Source of the DNA: Dendrobates tinctorius
Taxonomy: Eukaryota
DNA length: 64,000 bases
Assembly: GCF_039654945.1 (NCBI RefSeq)
Contig: NW_027361723.1
Location: forward strand, 2,480,001-2,544,000
Direction of reading: 5' to 3'
The notes beneath the pieces are model-generated. The model did no database searches, was not told where the DNA came from, and saw only the letters and a program-made list of their open reading frames with translations. This document shows positions 38,206-50,317 of this stretch, piece by piece (within the stretch, counting starts at the first letter, position 1; each line of letters opens with the position of its first letter). The position numbers and the translations under genes are program-made.

Positions 38206-40895
38206 TAGTGTTGAGCATTCCGATACTGCAAATATCGGGTATCGGCCGATATTCGCTATATCGGAATTCCGATACCGAGTACCGATATTTTTTCAATATC
38301 GGAATCGGAAGTTCCCATAATGCAAAGAGCCACTGCTGTGGCTCTGATTGGCTGCCGAAATGATGTCATCATGATGCGCCGTCAGTTCGAGCCTTCCGGG
38401 GGAGGGGGGTCTTTGCAGACTGCCCGGGGTTCTGTGCGGACTGCCGGGGTCCGTACCGGCCTCCCGGTGGTCTGTGCCAACTGCCCTGGGGGCTGTGCCG
38501 GCCTGCCGGTGGTCTGGCCGGCTGCCCGGGGGTCTGTGCGGACTGCCGTGGGTCTGTACCGGGCTGCCGGGGGGCTGTGCCGACTGTCCGGGGGTCTGTG
38601 CAGGCTGCGGGGGTCTGTGCAGGATCGTCCGATGGGACTACAAGTCTCATCGGGCGATGCCTGCTACCATGACGGTGATTGACACATTAACCAATGATGG
38701 GACAGTAGTAGTCCCATCATCCGGCCTATGTGTTGAATGTAAAAAAAAAAAAAAAAACATACTACATACATGCAACATGCATACTACATATATACCACAT
38801 ATACCGGGTGTTAGGGTCGGCGGAACGCACCAGATATAAATAATGGAAGGCGCGTTCGCCGCCCGGGGTCCACCGTGCGGTAGATGACAAGACCGCTGCT
38901 GGACAATGGCAGATACGCTAGAAGTGCGAAACAGCGCTCGGGTTAACGTCACCCGAGAGCCTGAGAGCGGACTCTGTTTAGTCACAGAGACGCCAAAGTA
39001 TGAACTAGACGTAAAGGCTGAACCTGTTAGCTGCACAGGTCAGCCGGCGTGTGGCGTCGCAGCTGCGAACACCAAAAGCTGCTACTACTGCAGCGCGGCC
39101 GTAACTGAAGCCGCTAAGCGACGATGCCGGAGGAGCCGGGCACCGACGGACGCTAGTGTAGGTGAGGAAGGCTCAGTGGCGTGTAGCCTGCCACAATCTG
39201 GAGCTGACTAACCCAACATACTGTCACCATTCGTAATATCCGAGGGAAGGGGTTTCATAATAAGTCAGACACCAGTCCATGCATCCATCACCATACACAC
39301 ACAGAATAATATGCTACACTAGCGCATGGCCGAGCCGCCATGCAGGCTTTTTATAGCCATGCGCTTCCGGGACCTTCCAGTACTATAGGAAGGACCAATC
39401 AGATCCGACATAGGACCTTCACATGTGACCCCTGCTCTCCACTGAGAGGACAAGTTGCGGGCATGCCCAGTCGCACGGCGCGAGGACTTAGCCTCTAGAG
39501 CAGTTCCCTGCAAAGCAGGTTGCGTTATCATTGCTGCACCAGAGGTGGCAGCAACATCCAGGCTCACAGAACGAGTCTGCGGGGAATCCCTGGTTCGCCG
39601 AGATTGCTGAGCAGGAGTCCGAGCGCTCGGAGGAGAATGGGAGACCGCAGGATGTCTGGCTCTGGATTCCTGCTGTGCAGTGCCAGGAATCCGACGCCTA
39701 ACACCGGGGGTCTGTGCCGACTGCCCGGGGGTCTGTCCTGGCCTGCCGGTGGTCTGTACCGGCCCACCGGGGGGCTGTGTCGACCGCTCAGGGGTCTGTG
39801 CAGGCTGCGGGGGTCTGTGCAGGATCGCCCGATGGGACTACAAGTCCCATCGGGCGATGCCTGCTACCATGACGGTGATTGACACATTTGCCAATGATGG
39901 GAGAGTAGTAGTCCCATCATACGACCTATGTGTTGAATGTAAAAAAAAAAAAAAAATACATACATGCTACATACTGCATATATGTAACATGCACACTACA
40001 TATATACCACATATACCGGGAGTCTGTCTGGGGGGCTGTGCCGACTGTCCAGGGGTCTGTGCAGGTTGCGGGGGTCTGTGCAGGATCATCCGATGGGACT
40101 ACAAGTCCCATCGGGCGATGCCTGCTACCATGACGGTGATTGACACATTTGCCAATGATGGGAGAGTAGTAGTCCCATCATCCGGCCTATGTGTTGCATG
40201 TAAAAAAAAATGCATAATACATACATACTACAAATATACCAGACCCCCGGGCAGTTGGCACAGCCCCCCGGCAGAATGCTCAGACCCCCGGACAGTCGGT
40301 ACAGACCGCCGGCACAGTGGTATATATGTTGCATCCATGTGGTATATATGTAGTATGTATTTTTTTTTTTTTTTACATTCAACACATAAGCCGGATGATG
40401 GGACTACTACTGTCCCATCATTGGCTAATGTGTCAATCACCGTCATGGTAGCAGGCATCGCCCGATGGGACTTGTAGTCCCATCAGACGATCCTGCACAG
40501 ACCCCCGGACAGTTGGCACAGACCACTGGCAGGCCGGCACAGCCCCCCCGCAGCCTGCACAGACACCCGGACAGTCGGTACAGACCACCGGCAGGCCGGC
40601 ACAGACACCCGGGCAGTCGGTACAGACCACCGACAGGCGGGCACAGACCACCGGCAGTCCGCACAGACCCCCAGGTAGTCGGCACAGACCCCTGGAAGAT
40701 CCGTACACCCCCCCCCCCCCCCCGAGAGGCTGTACAAGGAGAGAAAAGGGTTTCTCTTATTCCGATACCGGAAGTCCCATAGACTTGAATGGGACTTCCG
40801 GTATCAGAATCGGCGATACCCGATACTTTTTTCGTATCGGGCCGATACCATCCGATCCGATATTTTAGGGTATCGGATAGTATCGCTCAACACTA
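38206..40895. mobile_element. Non-autonomous hAT element with internal GC-rich repeats
   Basis: TIR TAGTGTTGAGC; perfect 8-bp TSD ATCCCTAC; CCGATA subterminal motifs; internal blocks repeated directly and inverted. Confidence 0.93.
38809..39703. mobile_element. Solo LTR (895 bp)
   Basis: TGTTAGGGTCGG...CCGACGCCTAACA inverted termini; 5-bp TSD CCGGG. Confidence 0.88.
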
Positions 40896-41725
40896 ATCCC
40901 TACTTAAAAGTGTGTGTATTTTACATGTGCGGCAGGTTGGGCTAGTAGAGTAAACCAGATTTATTTGTACTGATTTTACTCTGGGGGGCGCCATTTTGTA
41001 GTTCGCCTCAGGCAGCAGAGAGGCTAGGTTGACCCCTGGGGCAAGAGTAACATAGTGTTACATAAAAAAGACAAATGTAATAACAAAAGTCAAAATCAAT
41101 GTGTAGAACTTTTATTTTTAAAATTTTATGTTTGATTTTAACACAAAGCAGAAATTAGAAGGCAAAGGAGGCTTTCATCAATGTTTTCCTAAAATACAGT
41201 ACATTGGATTGGGGATAAGAGGCTGAACACTGGACTAGAGGAAGGGGCTCAGGGAGCTCTAATTGTCCATGGGGGCACACAATCCCTGCTTTGCCCCAAG
41301 GTACTTGATGCCCATAATTTAGGTTACTTTATGGTTTCTACATGGAAGTCAATTAGGTTTATAATACACCTGACAGAGAACCTGGAGAACAATCCTAACT
41401 GCATCCTGCCCGCACAGCTGAGGGTTTGCCACAGTGGTATCCTCCGTGGGGTAAACACATGACGACATATCTCTGCTCAGAATATTGTGTTACACTCTAT
41501 CAGTCTGTTTCCCACAGAGGATTGTCTGGATACGATTGCAGCAATCCCTCAGCTGTGAAAAGTATAAAGCTAATCAAGACTTTTACTCTGCAGATGTGAA
41601 CAAGATTCTTTTCATTCATTGAAAGAGGAAGCAGAGCTTTCAGAAATGGGAAGAAAAATGAAATCTAGGTCCATGAAGTTCCGATCTCTTTATTTCTGTG
41701 TTGTGCTGGTGTCTCACGTCTGCGG

Positions 41726-41758
41726 TTACAGGACTGAGCTCTTCAGGATTGTCAGGAG
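41726..41758 (-). pseudogene. Displaced final codons of the Ly6 gene (LLTILKSSVL*)
   Basis: In frame with 50318-50495 once the hAT and one TSD are removed; TAA at 41726-41728; AATAAA (-) at 41689-41694. Confidence 0.8.
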
Positions 41759-43002
41759 TAGAGTTGAGCGACTTTTGGTTTTTTAGGGTCGCGTTTCGTT
41801 TCGTGAAACCCGACTTTTCCAAAAGTCGGGTCGAGCAAGATCGTCCGATTATAGGGAAAAGTCGGGGTCGTCCCGAAACACGAAACCCAATGTAAGTCAA
41901 TGGGGAATAAAAGTCGGCAGTGTGAGGAGGACAGGAAACACACCTACAGTGCCCATTTGAATGCCAAATGCATCAATTCTTCTTACTTAAGCTTGTCAAC
42001 CTTAATTAACTTCATAATACAAGTTACGCACTGAAAAATGGGGGTTATTTGGCTAAAGTTGTGGGGGGGAGGGCTGGCTCCAGGTTTTCATGTGCCCTGG
42101 GCGAAAGAGCGCCCCTTTAACACATACCACAACTCATGATGCTCCGATACGGCAGAGAAATAGCGGTATAGTACAATGAAAAATACTTCACTTTTTACAT
42201 CTCATGACGAGGCCCATCTATTTCTCCATACAGAATCATTGGTCCCATATAATGTTTGAAACAGTATATGATGAGCTCCACATAATGCTACAGTATATGT
42301 TGGTCCCCATGGATGAAGCTCCACTGTCTTATGGGCCCAAATAATGCTCCAAACATAATGGGCCCCATTTCTAATGCTCTAGTGTATAATGGGCCCTGTA
42401 AATGCTGCTCCAGTGTCTGATGTCCACCTTTGGAATGTTCCAGTGTATGGTGGGCCCCATCTATCATTCTCCAGAGTATAGTGCTCCTCAAAAATTGCTG
42501 TCCCAACATTGAAAACAATGAAATAAGTCTCCTCGCTAGGGAATCCCTGTACTTGTCTGGACTCCTCGTCGTCCCCATCTTCCATCTCACTGCACAGTAT
42601 TTCAACCTTGCAAGTGCTGTGATCCTGAGCAAGCAGGGGGGGCTCACTCGTTGGTGACGGCACTGGCACAGGGCCTCTGATAGTACGGTGGTGTGTCTGA
42701 TGGCGGGTGGGCCGAACCTGCACTTTCATCTGCAGCTTCCTCTTTGTCACGGTGTAAGATGGAACTGTATATGGGAAGGGTAACCTGAGTTTCATCAGGG
42801 TCAGATTCAGGCCGTGTAGCGTGCGAGGGGAATGTAGTGGTCTGGGTCAATGTACCAGCAGATTCATCGAGCAGTGGCTGGGCATCAGTGCACTTGTGTC
42901 GCCCCCAGGAGTACGGTCGCCACAGTGGCATTACCTTCCTCCTAGGGAGTGTGATGTCATGCTTGGGAGCAACGAACGATCTCTCTAGCAGGTTAACTGA
43001 TT

Positions 43003-43475
43003 GGGCGGCGTTATTCCCACGAGTCATGACCCTCCAAACAGCGTTCATGAAGGCAAAGTGTTTGTTTTACATGGGCAGTATGGTTGCAAAGCTGAACCTT
43101 AAAGGAATGTCCAGAAGGGCACCACCAGGAGTGGAGCCTAGGGTTAAATTCGACTCCACCTGGGAAACCTCAAACATGCCAGCTACAGAACAGATGCACA
43201 CATTGCAAGCTTAATTCCGTTAACGAACGAGACTCCGTCATGCCCCGCGGTCCGAGTCTGGCTTACTAGAGGGACACGTGAGTCTCTGGCACATGAGATT
43301 GGCCAATAACTGGTGTGTCATGCCCTTACATGTCCGTGGCTGCATGTGCGCTACACTGAAAAGGCCAGCGTTTGTCGCTTACAGGTGCAGATAACCCGCT
43401 GAACAACGTTAGTGATGGTGATCACTGATTACAATTATTACCCGCGAACAATGATTTCCCAGTAAGTGCAGGTCA
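43003..43475 (+). pseudogene. Degenerate 18S rRNA-derived fragment inside hAT copy B
   Basis: GGCGGCGTTATTCCC...AGTATGGTTGCAAAGCTGAA.CTTAAAGGAAT...GAAGGGCACCACCAGGAGTGGAGCCT...TTAATTCCG.TAACGAACGAGACTC...GCGCTACACTGA...TTCCCAGTAAGTGC.GGTCA. Confidence 0.9.
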
Positions 43476-43589
43476 ACTGAAGTTCCGGAATTAGGCCTAA
43501 CCGTCATTCCTGAAAAAATGAAAAACTTACGTGTGCAAACCACAGGTGCTGTAGCTTGCTTAACAGCTCGCCAGCTGTTCTCACGCCCA

Positions 43590-44432
43590 GTATGGATTAC
43601 ACGTGATTGCACAAAGGTGAGAAAGGGTACCGTATCCCCAGATAACATGTATGGATAGCGTACACATTCAAAATATATGTCTCAGGAGGCAGGCTCAGAT
43701 GGTGTTAGGCCCAGTATGGATTGCACGTGATTGCACAAAGGTAAGAAAGGGTACCGTATCCCCAGATAACATGTATGGATAGCATAGTGTACACATTCAA
43801 AATATATGTCTCAGGAGGCAGGCTCAGACGGTGTTAGGCCCAGTATGGATTGCACGTGATTGCACAAAGGTTAGAAAGGGTACCGTATCCCCGGATAACA
43901 TGTATGGATAGCGTACACATTCAAAATATATGTCTCAGGAGGCAGGCTCAGACGGTGTCAGGCCCAGTATGGATTGCACGTGATTGCACAAAGGTTAGAA
44001 AGGGTACCGTATCCCCGGATAACATGTATGGATAGCGTACACATTCAAAATATATGTCTCAGGAGGCAGGCTCAGACGGTGTTAGGCCCAGTATGGATTG
44101 CACGTGATTGCACAAAGGTTAGAAAGGGTACCGTATCCCCGGATAACATGTATGGATAGCGTACACATTCAAAATATATGTCTCAGGAGGCAGGCTCAGA
44201 CGGTGTTAGGCCCAGTATGGATTGCACTTGATTGCACAAAGGTTAGAAAGGGTACCGTATCCCCAGATAACATGTATGGATAGCGTACACATTCAAAATA
44301 TATGTCTCAGGAGGCAGGCTCAGACGGTGTTAGGCCCAGTATGGATTGCACGTGATTGCACAAAGGTTAGAAAGGGTACCGTTTCCCCGGATAACATGTA
44401 TGGATAGCGTACACATTCAAAATATATGTCTA
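43590..44432. repeat. 124-bp tandem repeat, about 7 copies
   Basis: Near-identical ORFs recur at 43850, 43974, 44098 and 44222. Confidence 0.95.
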
Positions 44433-44896
44433 TACATCAGGAGGCAGGCTCAAACGGTGTCAGGCACAGTATGGATTTGACGGCCCAGATTACACAGCGG
44501 AGGAGCAGGGAGAGGTAAAGATTGCAAATGCTGGGGCCCTGCCCAAGCAAGGGGGGCCCACTCGTGGGCGTCGGTACTGGCACTGGGCCCCTCATAGTAC
44601 AGCGGTGTGTCTGACGGCGGGTGTGCACCACCACCGTCAGAGACACTTGATTGCACTATGAGGGACCCTGTGCCAGTGCCCGCGCCCAAGAGTCGGCCTA
44701 CCCACCTGTCCAGGGCAACGGCACTCGCACGGTGTCGTGCGCTAGGTGGTGACCCCGGCCATGGGGGGGGAGGCAGCACAGTTAGGGAGTTTTAGAAAGT
44801 GGCATATGTCGATGTTGGACATTCAGCTTATGCAAAAGGCGAAATAGGTGAAGTCCCAGGAAGAGGTGGACCAAAGCAAGCCATTTTTCTGTCACC

Positions 44897-47800
44897 CTAT
44901 GTGTCATCAGGGGAAGGTGGGACAAAATCCTTGGAAACCCATGCGTGGTTCATTTTAATGAAGGTTAGATCATCCACATTTTGGGTTGACACACGGGTCC
45001 TTTTTTCTGTCAGGATTGATCCAGCTGCACTGAAGACTCTTTCCGATAGCACACTTGCAGCTGGGCAAGTGAGCTCCTGTAAGGCATATTGGGCCAATTC
45101 AGGCCAGGTGTCCAGTTTAGCGGCCCAATAGTCAAAGGGGAATGACCTGTGTGGGAGAACATCGATATGGGAGGAAAAGTAGTTTGTAACCATAGTTGAC
45201 AACTGCTGTCTCCTGTCACTTTCCATCGATGCTGTATTACCAGTTGTGTGAGTGGTACTTGAAAAATCAGTCCACAACACTGTCATGAAACCCCTGTCTC
45301 CAACGCCACTTCTGCTGTGTGCACCACGAACACCTCTGCCAAGCTGCCCCCGGCCCGTACGGCTCGTGTGAGAACCATCACCGCTGCTGTGTGCTGGGAA
45401 TGCCTCAAGCAACCGATTTACCAGAGTTGCTTGTTTATTAGCCAATATTAGGTCAAGGTTCTCCTGTGGCATGATGTTTTGTAATTTGCCTTTATAGCGT
45501 GGATCCAGGATGCTGGCCAACCAGTAGTCGTCATCGTTCATCATTTTGGCAATGCGGGGGTCCCTTTTTAGGATGCGCAAGGCATAATCTGACATGTGGG
45601 CCAATGTTCCCGGTGTCAATGATGCACTGCGAGTGCTGGTTGGAGGAGCACTTTCTGGCAAATCCACATCCCTCCAGTCACGCACAAACCCTGTACCAGA
45701 CCTTGCCACGCCAACATTTTCACTTGCCCCACGAGATGCATCCTCCTCCCCTAAGTAATCATCCCCATCATCATCCTCCTCCTCCTCTTCTTCCTCCACC
45801 TCGTCCAGGAGAGGTCCCTGAGCAGACAATGGCTGAATGTCATCAAGGATTCCCTCCTCCTCTTCCTCCTCATCAACATTGGCTGCAGACGCCTGCTCCT
45901 TAAGGTGCGTCAAAGTTTGCATAAGCAGACGCATAAGTGGGATGCTCATGCTTAGGATGGCGTCGTCTGCGCTTACCAGCCGTGTGCATTCCTCAAAACA
46001 CTGAAGGACTTTACAGAGGTCTTTCAGCTTCGACCACTGCACACCTGTCAACTCCATGTCTGCTCTCAAAGTGCCTGGCCGTGTATCCTCCCACAAATGC
46101 ATTATGGCCTGCCTCTGCTCGCACAGCCGCTCCACCATGTGCAGGGTGGAGTTCCACCTTGTTGCAATGTCGATAATCAGGCGGTGGTTGGGAAGGTGGA
46201 GCAATCGCTGCAGCTTCTGCATACGAACGGAGTGTACAGGCGACCGGCGGATGTGCGCGCACAGTCTTCGCACCTTCTGGAGCAGGGCTGTTAACTCCGG
46301 ATAATTTTTGAGGAAGCACTGCACCACCAGGTTCAAGGTGTGAGCCAAGCAAGGTATGTGGCTGAGTTTTGAAAAGGCTATGGCTGCCACAAAATTACGG
46401 CCGTTATCACTAACTACCTTGCCTGCCTCAAGATGTACACTGCCCAGCCATGACTCAGTTTGTCGCTGAAAGTACTCGGCCAGCACCTCGGCGGTATGTC
46501 TGTCGCCCAAACACATCATCTGCAACACAGCCTGCTGACGCTTTCCACTAGCTGCTCGATAGGGGGACACATCGTGTGCAACAGTGGCAGCTGCAGATGG
46601 AGTGCTCGTACGACTGCGCTCTGTGGACGAGCTTTCGCTTCTGGAGGAGGAGGAGGGTGGAACGCCTACAGCCAACTGTTTCCTGTACCGTGGGCTAGGC
46701 AGCACTGTCCCACCACCGCTGTCCCCTGTGGACCCTGCATCCACCACATTAACCCAGTGCGCAGTGATGGACACGTAATGGCCCTGGCCATGCCGACTGG
46801 ACCATGCATCAGTTGTGAGGTGCACCTTTCCGCTCACTGACTGCTTGAGTGCATGGACTATGCGGTCTTTCACATGATGGTGGAGGGCTGGGATGGCTTT
46901 GCGAGAGAAGAAGTGGCGACTGGGTAGGTCATAGCGTGGTACTGCATAAGCCATGAGTTCGCGGAAAGCTGTGCTTTCCACCAACCGAAAGGGCATCATC
47001 TCAAACGAGATTAGTTTGGCAATGTGGGCGTTCAAACCCAGTGTACGCGGATGAGAGACTGAGTACTTTCTTGACCTATTCATAGTGTCTGGGAGGGTGA
47101 GCTGGACTTGAGAGCTGCATATGGTGGAAGTAGCGGTGGACAGGGCGGACTGAGAGAGGGTTGATGATGGTGATGGAGTTGGTGTTCTTTCTGATGGCCT
47201 AGAATCAGTCTTTCGTTGATATAACAGTGGGATTCCCTGACTGCTGTGGCCTTGCAACGACACCTCAACATTTGCTGCTGTGCTAACCGGTGGGCTTACA
47301 GTGGGGGAAACAATGTAGCATTGCTGACTACCTTCGTTGTGATCAGTTGCACATGTGGCACTTGAGGTTTGGTGTTGTGTCCACCCTTGCAAGTGCATGC
47401 TGGTTAAATGTCTAAGCATGCAACTGGTTTTCAAATTTTTCAGATTTTTCCCTCGGCTAAAGGTCTTTGCGCACTTCTTACAGATAACCTTGGCCTGATC
47501 ACGAGGATTTTGTTCAAAAAAGTGCCACACTGCACTCTTCCTACTTTGGCAGACATTTTGCGGCCTAGCACGATGTGATCTTTTGACCCTCTGGACAAGC
47601 TGTCCAGCAACTCTTTTGATGTTTGGAACCTGTCTTTGGAGTGCTCCGGGCCTGCCAGATAACAGCTGTTGCGATGTCGATGTCTGCAGTGGATGCTCCT
47701 CATCTGAGCTATTGGATGCAGCACCCTCTTCCCCCAATGGATGCCAATCTGGGTCAACAACTGGGTCATCCATCACCTCCTCTTCTATGTCATGTGCACC

Positions 47801-48430
47801 TTCCTCTGTGTCACCGTGTATGGTGGTATAGTGTGCGGGAAGGGGCACCTGAGTCTCATCAGGGTCAGAATCTGGCTCTGTACACTGCGAGGACAATGTA
47901 GTGCTCTGAGTGAATGTACCAGCAGAATCATCCATCAGCGGCTGTGCATCAGTGCACTCCATGTCAGATTCATCTTGGCCTGGGTAATTCACCATTTGAC
48001 TTGATAATCCAGGCATGGTATGTGAAAACAGCTCCATGGAGTAATCAGTAGTATGGCCTGCGTCATCCTTCAATCTTGGTTGGGGTGAAGGACACAAGGA
48101 AAGGTGTGGTTCATGAACATGAGCCTCCAATGACGACTCAGTGCTTTTACTTTTTACAACTGAATAAGAGGAGGCGATAGAGCTGGAGGCTGAGTCAGCA
48201 ATGTAAGACAAAACTGTTTCCTGATGCTCTGGCTTTAAAAGCGGTTTGCCAACTCCTAGAAAACTAAGCGTTCGAGGCCTTATGTAGCCAGACGATGATG
48301 CAGGCTCAACACCTCCTGCATTCGGTCCTATTTTGCTCTTGCCACTACCATCAGATCCACCACCAACACCATCATTACCAGCTGCCAACCCCAGCCCAAT
48401 TCCACGGCCTCTTCCACCAGCCTTCCTCAT
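44897..48430 (-). CDS. hAT transposase, 1177 aa from the first ATG
   Basis: Uninterrupted ORF with the same BED, DDE and hATC motifs as copy A. Confidence 0.95.
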   Translation of the reverse strand: MRKAGGRGRGIGLGLAAGNDGVGGGSDGSGKSKIGPNAGGVEPASSSGYIRPRTLSFLGVGKPLLKPEHQETVLSYIADSASSSIASSYSVVKSKSTESSLEAHVHEPHLSLCPSPQPRLKDDAGHTTDYSMELFSHTMPGLSSQMVNYPGQDESDMECTDAQPLMDDSAGTFTQSTTLSSQCTEPDSDPDETQVPLPAHYTTIHGDTEEGAHDIEEEVMDDPVVDPDWHPLGEEGAASNSSDEEHPLQTSTSQQLLSGRPGALQRQVPNIKRVAGQLVQRVKRSHRARPQNVCQSRKSAVWHFFEQNPRDQAKVICKKCAKTFSRGKNLKNLKTSCMLRHLTSMHLQGWTQHQTSSATCATDHNEGSQQCYIVSPTVSPPVSTAANVEVSLQGHSSQGIPLLYQRKTDSRPSERTPTPSPSSTLSQSALSTATSTICSSQVQLTLPDTMNRSRKYSVSHPRTLGLNAHIAKLISFEMMPFRLVESTAFRELMAYAVPRYDLPSRHFFSRKAIPALHHHVKDRIVHALKQSVSGKVHLTTDAWSSRHGQGHYVSITAHWVNVVDAGSTGDSGGGTVLPSPRYRKQLAVGVPPSSSSRSESSSTERSRTSTPSAAATVAHDVSPYRAASGKRQQAVLQMMCLGDRHTAEVLAEYFQRQTESWLGSVHLEAGKVVSDNGRNFVAAIAFSKLSHIPCLAHTLNLVVQCFLKNYPELTALLQKVRRLCAHIRRSPVHSVRMQKLQRLLHLPNHRLIIDIATRWNSTLHMVERLCEQRQAIMHLWEDTRPGTLRADMELTGVQWSKLKDLCKVLQCFEECTRLVSADDAILSMSIPLMRLLMQTLTHLKEQASAANVDEEEEEEGILDDIQPLSAQGPLLDEVEEEEEEEDDDGDDYLGEEDASRGASENVGVARSGTGFVRDWRDVDLPESAPPTSTRSASLTPGTLAHMSDYALRILKRDPRIAKMMNDDDYWLASILDPRYKGKLQNIMPQENLDLILANKQATLVNRLLEAFPAHSSGDGSHTSRTGRGQLGRGVRGAHSRSGVGDRGFMTVLWTDFSSTTHTTGNTASMESDRRQQLSTMVTNYFSSHIDVLPHRSFPFDYWAAKLDTWPELAQYALQELTCPAASVLSERVFSAAGSILTEKRTRVSTQNVDDLTFIKMNHAWVSKDFVPPSPDDT

Positions 48431-48499
48431 TTTTGGTAGAAATGTAGACAAAATCCAACAAACTATATAGTATGTAAAACAAGGTACAAGGTGTCTATA

Positions 48500-49960
48500 G
48501 GACAGGGGAGATTTTGAATTTCTGCAGACACTTGTGGACACTGGACACTTTTGGATTGTGTGAGGCCCACTGATATCTGAGCGCTATGTGACAGGCTCGA
48601 TGGCACAGCTGTAACCTAAGTGACTAGAGGATAAGGGAGATTTTGAATCTCTGCACACACTTTTGGACACTGGACACTTTTGGATTGTGTGAGGCCCAAT
48701 GAATATCTGAGCGCTATGTGACAGGCTCGATGGCACAGCTGTGACAAAAGTGACTAGAGGATAAGGGAGATTTTGAATCTCTGCACACACTTTTGGACAC
48801 TGGACACTTTTGGATTGTGTGAGGCCCAATGAATATCTGAGCGCTATGTGACAGGCTCGATGGCACAGCTGTGACAAAAGTGACTAGAGGATAAGGGAGA
48901 TTTTGAATCTCTGCACACACTTTTGGACACTGGACACTTTTGGATTGTGTGAAGCCCAATGAATATCTGAGCGCTATGTGACAGGCTCGATGGCACAACT
49001 GTGACCTAAGTGACTAGAGGATAAGGGAGATTTTGAATCTCTGCACACACTTTTGGACACTGGACACTTTTGGATTGTGTGAGGCCCACTGATATCTGAG
49101 CGCTATGTGACAGGCTCGATGGCACAGCTGTGACAAAAGTGACTAGAGGATAAGGGAGATTTTGAATCTCTGCACACACTTTTGGACACTGGACACTTTT
49201 GGATTGTGTGAGGCCCACTGATATCTGAGCGCTATGTGACAGGCTCGATGGCACAGCTGTGACCTAAGTGACTAGAGGATAAGGGAGATTTTGAATCTCT
49301 GCACACACTTTTGGACACTGGACACTTTTGGATTGTGTGAGGCCCAATGAATATCTGAGCGCTATTTGACAGGCTCGATGGCACAGCTGTGACCAAAGTG
49401 ACTAGAGGATAAGGGAGATTGGATTGCTTTTAAAAAATCAGTTTGCGGAGCAGTGGGTAAACAGCAATGCCAGCCTGTCAGGAAGCCTTAAAAGGCAGCC
49501 CAACAACCAACACCACTGATACACCACAATATAGCCTCCCCTTGCACTGCACACACAGTGACTGGTGTGTTGTGCAAGCCAAATTTCTATCAGCAGCAGA
49601 AGCAGTTTTTTTTTCTTCTCAGCAGGACAAAAAAAAAAAATTGGGATTGCTTTTAAAAAAGCAGTTTGAGGCCCAATGAATATCTGAGCGCTATGTGACA
49701 GGCTCGATGGCACAGCTGTGACCAAAGTGACTAGAGGATAAGGGAGATTGGATTGCTTTTAAAAAAGCAGTTTGCGGAGCAGTGGGTAAACAGCAATGCC
49801 AGCCTGTCAGGAAGCCTTAGAAGGCAGCCCAACAACCAACACCACTGATACACCACTTTATAGCCTCCCCTTGCACTGCACACACAGTGACTGGTGTGTT
49901 GTGCAGGCCAAATCGCTAGCAGCAGAAGCAGTTTTTTTGTCTTCTTCCCTGCCTAACGCT
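48500..49960. repeat. 130-bp tandem array (about 7 copies) followed by a ~330-bp duplication
   Basis: ACAGGCTCGA recurs at 48591, 48721, 48851, 48981 and onward; 49420-49620 is repeated at 49750-49945. Confidence 0.92.
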
Positions 49961-50004
49961 TCCCTACAGAATCAGCAGCAACCTCTCCCTATACTGAGAT
50001 CGGC

Positions 50005-50160
50005 AGAAGTAAGATGGCGGTCGCCGTGCACGCCCTTTTATACCCCCTGTGACGCCCACCAAAGCAAGCCAATCACTTGCATGCCCTTCTGAAAGATGGT
50101 GGTGACCCCTGCCTATGTCATCACATCGCCCACAGTGTCCGTGGATCCTGATTGGCTGAA
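50005..50160 (-). promoter_or_regulatory. Putative transposase promoter
   Basis: Two CCAAT boxes (50069 and ~50151), TATAAAA on the minus strand at 50036-50042, then GCCATCTT (YY1-like). Confidence 0.6.
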
Positions 50161-50317
50161 AAAGAGCGCAAAACAAACTTTTGAAACGCGACATTGGCGC
50201 GTAAGTCGCCGACCTCGTGGCCGACCTCATCCTAGGGTCGGGTTTCGTTTCATGAAACCCGACTTTGCTAAAAGTCGGCGACTTTTGAAATTTTTCGACC
50301 CGTTTCGCTCAACTCTA

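Larger units (their letters stand above)
41759..50317 (-). mobile_element. Full-length autonomous-type hAT transposon, copy B (8,559 bp)
   Basis: 13-bp TIR TAGAGTTGAGCGA; 8-bp TSD GTCAGGAG / GTCAGTAG; CCGAC subterminal motifs; intact transposase ORF. Confidence 0.96.

Noticed and set aside
42898-42922. Bacterial 16S-like GGAGTACGGTCGC
   Set aside because: Only about 13 nt with no supporting flanks; could be chance.
43003-43475. Functional 18S rRNA gene
   Set aside because: Partial, internally deleted and diverged in conserved positions, with no ITS, 5.8S or 28S context.
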